Source of the DNA: Bdellovibrio sp.
GTDB lineage: Bacteria; Bdellovibrionota; Bdellovibrionia; Bdellovibrionales; Bdellovibrionaceae
DNA: 24,801 bases
NCBI GenBank assembly: GCA_036676395.1
Contig: JAKFCY010000006.1
Location: 1-24,801 of the forward strand
Direction: 5' to 3'
Position 1 is the stretch's first letter, and the number at the start of each line of letters is the position of its first letter. The notes beneath the pieces are model-generated. The model was not told the origin of the DNA and did no database searches. It saw only the letters and a program-made list of their open reading frames with translations. Positions 1-8,231 of the stretch are shown here, in pieces. A program made the position numbers and the translations under genes.

Positions 1-9
1 TTTTGAAAT

Positions 10-50
10 TACGATGCTCTTCGTATAACTTTGATACGAAAGTAATCGTA
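10..50 (+). promoter_or_regulatory. Bacteroidota -7 promoter box (TAACTTTG, 26-33) flanked by two TACGA-N6-TCGTA palindromes (10-25, 35-50); probable BlaI operators
   Basis: Two identical-arm palindromes bracket a TAnnTTTG motif directly upstream of the repressor ATG at 60. Confidence 0.7.
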
Positions 51-59
51 CAACCTCCC

Positions 60-434
60 ATGAGCAAACCAACCGAAGCAGAATTAGAGATTCTTTCCCT
101 TCTCTGGGAACTGAAAGAAGCAAGCGTGAGACAGATTCACGAGCGACTCTCTGAGACCAAAGACACAGGCTATACCACTACGCTTAAGATCATGCAAATC
201 ATGCATGCAAAGGGAATGGTGAGCAGGGATGAAGAAAACAGATCACATATATACAGACCTGCCACCAACCAAAAAGAGACTCAGAAATCGCTTTTGAAAA
301 ATCTGGTGACTACAGCCTTTGGCGGCTCCGCGCAAAAGCTGGTGATGCAGGCCCTGGGACAGGAAAATCCTTCAAAGGTCGAACTGGATGAGATTCGCGC
401 ATTTTTAGACCAACTTGAAAACAACGCAAAATGA
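60..434 (+). CDS. BlaI/MecI/CopY family transcriptional repressor
   Basis: MSKPTEAELEIL..LW...SVR.IH...GYTTTLKIMQIM..KG winged-helix pattern; ATG at 60 preferred over TTG at 3; stop overlaps the M56 gene start. Confidence 0.93.
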   Translation: MSKPTEAELEILSLLWELKEASVRQIHERLSETKDTGYTTTLKIMQIMHAKGMVSRDEENRSHIYRPATNQKETQKSLLKNLVTTAFGGSAQKLVMQALGQENPSKVELDEIRAFLDQLENNAK

Positions 435-2377
435 AACTTTTGAACGACTGGATTCCTGAAAACCTTTTGTATGCGCTGGGCTGGACCCTGGTGCATTCTG
501 TCTGGCAACTCATTTTAATAGCTGGTTTACTATGGATCGCGCTTCGGATCGTACAGAGCAAAAGTCCTGACTTCAAGTACAAGTTGGCGCTTGGCGGAAT
601 GGGCTTGAGTTTGATCGTTGCGGTCGGGACTTTCTTTTATGAATACTCCCTTTTCAATCCTGTTTCCGCTCAAAATCTGAATGCATTTCAGGTGGTTTTC
701 CTGGATCAGTCTGCTGGTCCCCGGGAATTAAGCCTCGAAAGCAGCATTCAAAATCTGGTGAATTGGATTGAGATCCAATTACCCCTTCTGGTCAATATCT
801 GGTTTTTGGGAACACTCCTGTTCATGTTCCGTCTGGTCAATTGCCTTTCTGAACTTAGAACCATGCGTAAGGCTTCTTCCGAACCAAATGATTTTCAACT
901 GGAAAAAATGCTTTACCGACTTAGCGGAAAGCTTGGAATCGATAAGATACCGGCACTGCGGATCACGCAAGCCGGACAATCTCCCGTTACTTTCGGATTT
1001 CTCAAACCTATTATATTGATACCCGCCGGATTGATTTTTCATCTTTCACCGGCTCAGTTGGAAGCGATCATAGCACACGAACTCGCCCATGTGAAGCGAA
1101 ATGATTACCTCGCGAATTTGCTGCAATCCGGCCTGGAAGTGCTTTTCTTCTATCATCCTTGCTACTGGTGGATGAGTCAGACTGTCAAAGAATTGAGAGA
1201 AAATGCCGCTGACGATCTGGTTGTTCAGGCGGGAGTTTCCCCGAAAGAATTGGCATATGCCTTGGCTGAAGTTCTGAATTTTGCGAAGCAAAATCCTCCG
1301 GAACTCGCTCTTGCTGCAGGAAAACACAGAAATCCAACACTTCAACGAATCAAAAGAATGCTGGGCTATCCGGCACAAAATTATCCACAAAACCCTATTA
1401 TTTCACTACCCATGCTACTTACCCTACTTCTCAGCGCCGGCCTGATGGCCTCTGCGCAGCAGGACGTGCCGGCACCTGCAGAAAAAATCAAACCGCTCGC
1501 CGCGATTGCACCAGTTGAAAATCCAAAAGCAATCGCTGCGGTTTTCCCTATTGCAGCCACTGCGCCTGTCGCAGATACTGCTGACTCGAAAAAGGAAAAA
1601 AGAATAATCATCCTCGATGGTGATAGTCCCATGATTTGGAACAACTCCAATGGATCCGTTATCAAGATGGATGGAAAGGGGACTTACCGATTTGAAATCA
1701 AAGGGGACACTTTGATAACTGAAGATGATACCATTATCATTAATAGTGAATCTAATTATGTTTTCAGAGGTTCTCCGGATTTCAATTGGAGCGAGATGCC
1801 CGTTCTGGAATTAGCGGAGGCCCCGGTTTTTCCGGAAGGTTTTATGGCTCCGCCAGTCTTTCCGGTAGATATGTTTCCAGCTATGGCTCCTATAATGATT
1901 GAGCCTATGGTTGCGATGCCACCGATGGTTTTTGATTTTGATGGGGGGACTCCCGGTGCATTCCACTTCTCAGATACCACCAAAATGACTCCCGAGGAAC
2001 GTGAGAAATGGGCGAAGAAAACTGAAGAATGGGCTAAAATGGCCGAAATGAAAGCTGAGGAATGGGCGAAAAAAAGCGAGGAATGGGCGAAGGAATTTGA
2101 GCCAAAAATGAAAGAGTTTGAGCTCAAAATGAAAGAATGGGAAAAATCGAACGAACCCAAAATGAAGGAGTTTGAGATGAAAATCCAGGAATGGGAAAAA
2201 GCCCAGGGACCCAAAATGAAGGAATTCGAAGAAAAGATGAAAATCTGGGAAAAAGAGCAGCAACCTAAACTCGAAGAATTCCAGCGAAAAATGGAAGAGT
2301 GGCAGAAGGAGAATGCCAGGAAAATGGAAGAGTTCCAGCGAAAACTGGAAGAGGATTTTAAGAAAAAAGATAATTAA
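431..2377 (+). CDS. BlaR1/MecR1-like M56 family metallopeptidase signal transducer with a charged repetitive C-terminus
   Basis: N-terminal TM helices, P.TFG.LKP.IL.P, HELAH zinc motif, FFYHP..WW, RE..ADD; coupled to the BlaI-family gene. Confidence 0.92.
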   Translation: MKLLNDWIPENLLYALGWTLVHSVWQLILIAGLLWIALRIVQSKSPDFKYKLALGGMGLSLIVAVGTFFYEYSLFNPVSAQNLNAFQVVFLDQSAGPRELSLESSIQNLVNWIEIQLPLLVNIWFLGTLLFMFRLVNCLSELRTMRKASSEPNDFQLEKMLYRLSGKLGIDKIPALRITQAGQSPVTFGFLKPIILIPAGLIFHLSPAQLEAIIAHELAHVKRNDYLANLLQSGLEVLFFYHPCYWWMSQTVKELRENAADDLVVQAGVSPKELAYALAEVLNFAKQNPPELALAAGKHRNPTLQRIKRMLGYPAQNYPQNPIISLPMLLTLLLSAGLMASAQQDVPAPAEKIKPLAAIAPVENPKAIAAVFPIAATAPVADTADSKKEKRIIILDGDSPMIWNNSNGSVIKMDGKGTYRFEIKGDTLITEDDTIIINSESNYVFRGSPDFNWSEMPVLELAEAPVFPEGFMAPPVFPVDMFPAMAPIMIEPMVAMPPMVFDFDGGTPGAFHFSDTTKMTPEEREKWAKKTEEWAKMAEMKAEEWAKKSEEWAKEFEPKMKEFELKMKEWEKSNEPKMKEFEMKIQEWEKAQGPKMKEFEEKMKIWEKEQQPKLEEFQRKMEEWQKENARKMEEFQRKLEEDFKKKDN

Positions 2378-2396
2378 TTGTGTGTTGATGCTTTTG

Positions 2397-2429
2397 AAAA
2401 AGACCTGTCCGATGGGCAGGTCTTTTTTT
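2397..2429 (+). terminator. Rho-independent terminator (possibly bidirectional)
   Basis: AAAAAGACCTGTCC-GAT-GGGCAGGTCTTTTTTT hairpin with T tract just after the M56 stop. Confidence 0.88.
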
Positions 2430-2593
2430 AGGGCCTGGCGAATTCAAGGAGAGGTTGATGGCCCAATTTGTCAGCAGATTTTATTGCCGATAAATAGATT
2501 TCTCTCGCGATAAGGGTACTTGTATAGGTTTTTTCAATGATTCCTATGAATTAATGATGAAACATAGAATAAAAATACGCTTATCTATTATCC

Positions 2594-2702
2594 GACTGCA
2601 TAATAAGAGCCGTATGACAGGAGGCTGTCACAGCCTGTCCCGCTACTGCGGGGTACGGTTCTGTGAGAGGTTTAGGGGTGAGATTCCCCTTTACCTACCG
2701 AC
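2594..2702 (+). mobile_element. Group II intron 3' remnant (DV-DVI, AGC-triad lineage), DV interrupted by a small palindrome
   Basis: GAGCCGTATG...GTACGGTTC followed by TGTGAGAGG...CCTACCGAC; similar copy at 16805-16914; ends directly before TATGGGC, the cassette end. Confidence 0.8.
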
Positions 2703-3490
2703 TATGGGCAGGGTTTTTCTTGTAATTTTCCATAAATCGTTCCGTCAATATCAAACTGACTATGTCCATATTCAAGTCTTATTATTTTTCCGCAATTCAC
2801 TTGAATTACAAAAGCAAAATTTTCCATTGAGGCTGACATATTTCCTGAACCATTCTCAATATGGTCTAAAAAGCCTGGTAAAGCTTTTTTCAATGGTTCT
2901 ATTTCGTCTCCAACCTTGAATTTGGGAATTGTCTTAGCCACAATATTCTGTCGGATTTCGTCAGTCATAAAACGGTACACCAAATTTGGGGCAATAAGTG
3001 GCAAAAACCACAAGAAAAATCCTAGAATTATTATTGGTGAGAGGAAAAATATTGTCTTTGTTATAGGTCTTTGGTTCAGCAAGTCAATCAGTTTTTCGGA
3101 CTTTATTAAAAGCGAGTAGGCTAATCCGAAGAAAAGTCCGACTAGAATTGCTTGGGGCAAAAACATTGTCACTAACTCAAAACTTCGAAAAAGGCCACCT
3201 ACAATTATTGAATAAGTCAATGCTCCGTAAACTGTCGATAAAACGGTAAAAATTGGTGGTTTGAATAGTTTTTTTGAGTGGTCAAGTCGACTTAATGGCC
3301 AAATAATGAAAACTGACCACGCAATTGTTATAAAAAGTCCCGACCAAAAAATAATCACTCCACTATCGTCTGCTTTTCCGTCTTCTGAAACAAGGTAAAT
3401 TGAATTGAGTATGTTCATCAATGTCCAAGCTATGGTCATTGAGAAAAATCCAATTGTTTGTTTAACGTTATTTATTTTCAGTGTCGTCAT
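2702..3490 (-). CDS. Multi-pass membrane hypothetical protein (cassette gene)
   Basis: About 5 hydrophobic segments; start set at ATG 3490 because the longer ORF runs across the cassette boundary GCCCATAAC (3500-3508). Confidence 0.75.
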   Translation of the reverse strand: MTTLKINNVKQTIGFFSMTIAWTLMNILNSIYLVSEDGKADDSGVIIFWSGLFITIAWSVFIIWPLSRLDHSKKLFKPPIFTVLSTVYGALTYSIIVGGLFRSFELVTMFLPQAILVGLFFGLAYSLLIKSEKLIDLLNQRPITKTIFFLSPIIILGFFLWFLPLIAPNLVYRFMTDEIRQNIVAKTIPKFKVGDEIEPLKKALPGFLDHIENGSGNMSASMENFAFVIQVNCGKIIRLEYGHSQFDIDGTIYGKLQEKPCP

Positions 3491-3499
3491 TTTTACCTT

Positions 3500-3629
3500 G
3501 CCCATAACATCTCGCAAATACACGCAGGGCGTGAGTTTCCCGCTGAACTTCCTACGAAGAGCTGCATTTCAAATTTACTTCTTTCCTGTCAACGAAGCAC
3601 CGAAACCCAACTTGCGGGTATTTTGCGGT
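3500..3629 (-). repeat. attC-like recombination site, split by a group II intron
   Basis: GCCCATAAC, then imperfect inverted arms GCAAATACACGCAG / CTTGCGGGTATTTTGC, then GT|intron|TACAAGC. Confidence 0.72.
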
Positions 3630-4075
3630 GTGTGCCTTGAATGGTGAATATAGGTCAATTAGTTGATCGTTCCAACGGGTAAAATGCGAAGCATTCATGA
3701 ACACCATTGAATACAAATACTTCGTGAATAAAGTCCCTTTAGCACGGGGGTAATCCCGTAGGGAAGGGAAAGGCTGTTCCGAAGCTAAGCAAGTGGTGGC
3801 GGTAGCTATCGGCATGGTTTACCGCGAGAGGACTGAGCGTTAAGAAAATATCCTGTGGATATTTTTAGTGAGGGGCCAGGCTGCGGACCAGCCTCCTTTT
3901 CTGCCTACTACTATAACTTTGTCATGGCTGAGAAGAAAAGGGTATGAATCGATGCTATCCTACTACCTCAAAACGCAACCTACAATCCAGTGAACCGCCG
4001 TATACGAGACCCGTACGTACGGTGGTGTGAGAGGCGCACCTCGTCAGAGAAATCTGGCGAGGCCGTCTACTCGAT
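3630..4075 (+). mobile_element. Internally deleted group IIC-like intron (5' end, last 37 codons of the intron-encoded protein, intact DV/DVI)
   Basis: 5' GTGTGCC; AADQPPFLPTTITLSWLRRKGYESMLSYYLKTQPTIQ* at 3880-3993; short DV ACCGCCGTATACG...CGTACGGTGGT with CGC triad; ends CTACTCGAT. Confidence 0.88.
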
Positions 4076-4120
4076 TACAAGCTGGGCTTCTGTCTGTGTT
4101 TGTATGTTCGTCAATAGCTG

Positions 4121-4792
4121 TCAAGTTTTTCCTTTAATTAATTTGTCAAGCTCGTTCGCATAGTTAGCAAGAATTAAATTTACTTCTTTCATTGAAGTTA
4201 CAAGGTTCTCAAAGTCAGGATATTTCTTTTGCAGCTCTTGTGGAGAAAGTCTCTTATTAATTTCTTCTTCCTTTGCGTTTTCAAGCCACTTACGAAACTT
4301 TGCGTGGTGTTCTGTCAAGTGCGGACGCAAACCATCATTTAATATTTTTCTTGTCAAGCCAATTAGTGCTTTTGTTGGGTCGTGGTCTTTCAAATATCTA
4401 CCCGGAACTGTTTTAATTTCGTCTCTTATGATGTTGAATAGCTTATACCAAGAGTCATAAATCTCTTCAATGCTGTCATTATTTTCGTCAATAAGTATTG
4501 CCGCCTTTCTTGTAGTTAATTCAATGTGAATTCGATTAGCGATGTATAAATTGTCGTGGTTACGTTCAACTTTAAAAACCATTTTAGGAGTTCCAGAAAT
4601 TTCGACTTCTAAATTTTGCCACCTGAATAATTTTGAAAATTGTCTTTTCAAAATTATCAGAGCAATTATGATAGCTAATATAATCCCTATGAAAATCCAA
4701 TCACTAGAAATTATTAGGGAAGGTTGTTTTCTTTCAAAAGCAACTCGAATAAGTTCGTGTGTTGAAGTGGTGTCTGTCATAGTTATTGCCAT
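4121..4792 (-). CDS. Single-TM hypothetical protein; candidate effector of the TIR operon
   Basis: TM segment WIFIGIILAIIIALIIL then a helical domain (IELTTRKAA, YDSWYKLF, LNDGLRPHLT); start overlaps the upstream TIR gene. Confidence 0.8.
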   Translation of the reverse strand: MAITMTDTTSTHELIRVAFERKQPSLIISSDWIFIGIILAIIIALIILKRQFSKLFRWQNLEVEISGTPKMVFKVERNHDNLYIANRIHIELTTRKAAILIDENNDSIEEIYDSWYKLFNIIRDEIKTVPGRYLKDHDPTKALIGLTRKILNDGLRPHLTEHHAKFRKWLENAKEEEINKRLSPQELQKKYPDFENLVTSMKEVNLILANYANELDKLIKGKT

Positions 4793-5337
4793 TTGTCACT
4801 GGTTCTATTGTTCGCAAAGATTGGATATGAATTGTCGGGCGTAATCTTGTTCCTGTCCTCAAATGCTTTGTGTATCCAACCTTGAACTTCCGCTGGATTT
4901 TTAGACCATTTATATAATTGTGCAAATCTATTTTTTTCATCTTTCCAATTGTCATAAAGTCTTGGAGGAATTGTATGTGGGTCAAATTTATTGTCGTTTA
5001 AAGGGTAGCTAGGCATGAAAATACCTAATAACCCAGAACGTGAATTAAATTGTGTTTGTCTTATACTTGAGCCAATTTCCCAATCAACGTGTTTTCGTTG
5101 CCAAGTGTTGTTTCCAATAAGCACAATGGTTACGGTAGAATCTCTTAAATATTCATCTCTAATTTTTTGTCTGATAGTTTCAGTTTGTAAGTTGGGAGCA
5201 ATTTCACCAATTTGAACTGATTTACTTATCATTATTTGGTGATAGTTTGCGAATAGTGCCTCAAATTGATTGCGATAAGTTTGGTCAGGCTCCGTATGGT
5301 GATAACTTACAAATACCTTATGAATGTTTGTTGCCAT
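4783..5337 (-). CDS. ThsB-like TIR domain protein (MTH538/DUF1863 type)
   Basis: KVFVSYHH, DSTVTIVLIG..TWQRKHVDWEI with the catalytic-position Glu. Confidence 0.88.
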   Translation of the reverse strand: MATNIHKVFVSYHHTEPDQTYRNQFEALFANYHQIMISKSVQIGEIAPNLQTETIRQKIRDEYLRDSTVTIVLIGNNTWQRKHVDWEIGSSIRQTQFNSRSGLLGIFMPSYPLNDNKFDPHTIPPRLYDNWKDEKNRFAQLYKWSKNPAEVQGWIHKAFEDRNKITPDNSYPIFANNRTSDKWQ

Positions 5338-5341
5338 ATTT

Positions 5342-5884
5342 TTAAAGTTTAAATCCTAAAAAGTTTATTGAATTACTTTCCTCACGTTCACGAGAATTAT
5401 TTATTTTGTATGCGTTATTAGTCCTGTTCCAGTAAGCATAGTTTACCTTGCTTTCAAAATCTCTTTCTAAATTTTCCCATTTCATACTAACTGCATATCC
5501 AGATTTTATATTGTCGGCTAATCTGTCAGGTACAGAATGACTGTCAGTTGGTAGGAAGATTGCCAAAAGCCCATTTGGCTTAAATGATTTCAAGGGGTCG
5601 TATGGATGGGTGTAACTTCGCAGGGATGCCCAAATCTCCCAGTCTATCCATTTTCGATATCCTGTTCTTGAACCAACTAAAACAACGGTCACGGAGCAGT
5701 TCCTCATTTTCTCACGAACCTTCTTATAAATTGTTTCATCTGTCAAGTGTCCAATGTCGTCTTTTAAAGAGTAGTCAGCCACTCTCATATTCGTAATGGT
5801 CTTGCGAAGTTTTGTCAAATATTTTTGGTCGTTGTCGTGATGGTAGCTCACAAAACAATTTCGTATTTTCTTTTCTATTGGCAT
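5342..5884 (-). CDS. ThsB-like TIR domain protein (MTH538/DUF1863 type)
   Basis: CFVSYHH..D, CSVTVVLVG..TGYRKWIDWEI. Confidence 0.88.
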   Translation of the reverse strand: MPIEKKIRNCFVSYHHDNDQKYLTKLRKTITNMRVADYSLKDDIGHLTDETIYKKVREKMRNCSVTVVLVGSRTGYRKWIDWEIWASLRSYTHPYDPLKSFKPNGLLAIFLPTDSHSVPDRLADNIKSGYAVSMKWENLERDFESKVNYAYWNRTNNAYKINNSREREESNSINFLGFKL

Positions 5885-6367
5885 TTATGAAGTAATTATT
5901 GCGTCCATAACGCCACTTAACGGGTGTACTGAACTACTATAGTTAGAAAACATTTTTCTTTCAAGAATAAGTTGTTTCTCTTGTCCTTGCTTCTTGATAA
6001 ATTCATTTATATCGTAAATATCTCGAATTATGGGTTTTGTTTTGATGTAATCAGGAAGGTCTGAATTTTTTATTCCTTTTAAAGTTAATGTTGCTAGGTC
6101 TGTTACATCATAGCCGTATCCAACTTCAAATGGAACCCATTTGGAAATCAATGTATTTGGAGAAACAATACAAAGCATATGTGTCGAACTTTTAATTCCT
6201 TTTTTAATGGCCGCAACAACAGCTTTAGGGTCGTTGTTTATGTCTGCTTGTTGTAATTCTTTATCAAACTCATCAAAGTAAACTGCTATGCCAACTGATA
6301 TTAAATAGTCAGCAATTTTTTTTGCCTCGTCTCTGTCACGTTTTTGGTGGCTTATAAATACTTTCAT
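5885..6367 (-). CDS. TIR domain protein (TIR_2-like)
   Basis: MKVFISHQ..D, VYFD, I..S.HMLCIVSPNT..SKWVPFEVG; ATG at 6367 (alternative TTG at 6376). Confidence 0.87.
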   Translation of the reverse strand: MKVFISHQKRDRDEAKKIADYLISVGIAVYFDEFDKELQQADINNDPKAVVAAIKKGIKSSTHMLCIVSPNTLISKWVPFEVGYGYDVTDLATLTLKGIKNSDLPDYIKTKPIIRDIYDINEFIKKQGQEKQLILERKMFSNYSSSVHPLSGVMDAIITS

Positions 6368-6412
6368 TTTTGTCAATAGTGTTTAATTGTTGATGTGTCG
6401 TCTGTTAGCCTT

Positions 6413-6547
6413 GCTTGTAACGTTTTGCAGCTACCTGAAGGGCGGGATTTTTACCACAAAACTACATTTGAAAAACTAATGTTTGTTTAACCACAAAACT
6501 GTCTTTGGAACACGAAACCCCGGCTTTTGGGTAGGTGCTGTTGCACT
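6413..6547 (-). repeat. attC-like site
   Basis: GCTTGTAAC-GTTTTGCAGCTACCTGAAGGGCGGG ... CCCGGCTTTTGGGTAGGTGCT-GTTGCACT; imperfect inverted arms around an AT-rich loop. Confidence 0.78.
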
Positions 6548-6798
6548 AAACCTGCGGTAGTTTCATATTCAATCTAAAATTTCTACTTTAGGTACGCTTA
6601 CGGTTCCAGATTTTAAAATTTTAACATTTGTAACCATCTGAAAGTCAAGCATTTGATTTTTTTTATTTTATGCGAATTTTTATAATTTAAATCACTGATT
6701 TTCAATTTCTTATAAGATTTTTCAATAGCGACGAAAAACCCATATATAAGGTGTCTCAATTCCGGTTCCCCCGAAAAAATCGGGGCAGGCAGTGCAAC
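6540..6798. other. Gene-less (non-coding) cassette
   Basis: Bounded by complementary GTTGCACT (6540-6547) and AGTGCAAC (6791-6798); no credible ORF inside. Confidence 0.62.
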
Positions 6799-6851
6799 AG
6801 CGGTTTCAATGTCCGTGCTACGCACTCGACGAAAACCTAGTTGTTATGTGC
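6791..6851 (-). repeat. Short attC-like site (about 50 bp between cores)
   Basis: AAC-AGCGGTTTC...GAAAACCTAGTT-GTT; a closely related right half recurs at about 10742-10772, 14699-14729 and 19401-19431. Confidence 0.7.
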
Positions 6852-6876
6852 TGGCATTGTATTAGGTTTCAACATG

Positions 6877-7422
6877 TCATACTCTATTTTTAACAATCAA
6901 TACTTCTTTTCCACTACCGTCTTCACCAATAAGGTATACTATTTTCATGTCTTTGTTTACGTTATTATAAACAACTCTTTTAAAACCCATTCTATGTTTA
7001 TTCTTTTCAAGTGGTTTTCCCCATAAAATTGTAAAATAAAAAGCAATAGTTCCATATTCAGAGGTTTCCATTGATATTGTGCCTTTCCATTGGTGATCGA
7101 TTTTTTCCGTATAATTATCGTGCATAGTTTGTTTGTGTGTAATTTCTAATTTGTTTTTTCTCAAATATTTAATTTCAGCCTCACCCATTGGTTTGTTGAA
7201 ATCAATTTCATCACCTTCTTTATCGATCCAATAGATGTCATATTTATTAGAAAGATTATTGAATTTTAAATAGGGTATCAGGATTTCTGTTATTAGTAGA
7301 ACAATACCTGTAGCAACAAGCGAAGTTATTATTGGTACTAGTAGTCCATCGGTTATGAAGCTTGAATCTTCGGTAATTGGAAAATATTCGCACCAAAGGG
7401 GAAAAAGATTTTTCATGTACAT
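6877..7422 (-). CDS. Hypothetical protein, N-terminal TM plus beta-rich domain
   Basis: TM LLVPIITSLVATGIVLLITEILI, then alternating beta-strand patterns; only gene between GTTATGTGC and GCACATAAC. Confidence 0.75.
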   Translation of the reverse strand: MYMKNLFPLWCEYFPITEDSSFITDGLLVPIITSLVATGIVLLITEILIPYLKFNNLSNKYDIYWIDKEGDEIDFNKPMGEAEIKYLRKNKLEITHKQTMHDNYTEKIDHQWKGTISMETSEYGTIAFYFTILWGKPLEKNKHRMGFKRVVYNNVNKDMKIVYLIGEDGSGKEVLIVKNRV

Positions 7423-7448
7423 AAATGTCTTGTGTTGGTTTTATGCTT

Positions 7449-7581
7449 GCACATAACGTTTTGCGGCTAAAAGAAGTGGCGGCTTTGGAACACTAAACCT
7501 TCTATACACACACTGTTTATTAATTGCACAACTGTTTATACTTGCACTTCTCCCGCCATTTTTTTAGGTGCTGTTATGAGC
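7449..7581 (-). repeat. attC-like site
   Basis: GCACATAAC-GTTTTGCGGCTAAAAGAAGTGGCGG ... CCGCCATTTTTTTAGGTGCT-GTTATGAGC. Confidence 0.8.
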
Positions 7582-7586
7582 CGTTT

Positions 7587-8231
7587 TTATATCAATCCTT
7601 TGTCTATTAGAAATTGTGTTTTAAACATTGAAAATTCTTTATCAGATTTTGCATTATCTATTATTTCGTCAAGAAGAATAGCTTGAAGTCCCACTGTTAG
7701 TTCTCGTGTATACTTGTCAATTAAATTTTGAAGTTCCTTTAATGCATCAGAACGCCTTTCAATTAGTTCTTTTCTGTTTAATTTTATTTCCTTCCATGTC
7801 AGCTCTCCTCTTTTACTGTCATTAATATGGAACAACATTGGGCCAAATGCCTGTAAATGTAAATCAACATCATCTTTATAAGGATTCAAAAGTTTACAAT
7901 TTTTATCTAATGTCGTTCTCTTATTGTTATTGCACCAATAACAAACAAATGATAAGTTATTCCAAGAAAATGTTAAACGTGGATAAACTGATTTAGGAAT
8001 TATATGTTCAACATCACCAGGATATTGATGAGTGATAAAACACTCGCAGTAAATACATTTTTCCTCTGTCTCAATCTTTACTTCAGTCTTAATGTCCGCA
8101 TGTCTGTAATGAGCTTGAACATGCGTTGGAACAGGTAGTCCAGAATTAATGAAACCCATTAATTGTTGTGTCCAATTTGGTCCGTTTACTAATAGAACGT
8201 TTGGTGCTGGTCTCTTTAATCGCTTTATCAT
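7587..8231 (-). CDS. HNH endonuclease, PtuB-like
   Basis: KCIYCE...DVEHIIPKS.YP.L.F.W.NL...C..CN..K, LLNPY.DD; 4-nt overlap with the ATPase gene. Confidence 0.87.
   Translation of the reverse strand: MIKRLKRPAPNVLLVNGPNWTQQLMGFINSGLPVPTHVQAHYRHADIKTEVKIETEEKCIYCECFITHQYPGDVEHIIPKSVYPRLTFSWNNLSFVCYWCNNNKRTTLDKNCKLLNPYKDDVDLHLQAFGPMLFHINDSKRGELTWKEIKLNRKELIERRSDALKELQNLIDKYTRELTVGLQAILLDEIIDNAKSDKEFSMFKTQFLIDKGLI

Noticed and set aside
281..2263. Antisense and alternate-frame ORFs within the BlaI/M56 genes and similar shadows elsewhere
   Set aside because: They overlap well-supported genes and show no protein motifs
6613..6825. 70-aa ORF in the gene-less cassette
   Set aside because: It starts inside the att hairpin, crosses the cassette boundary and has low-complexity Lys/Ile composition
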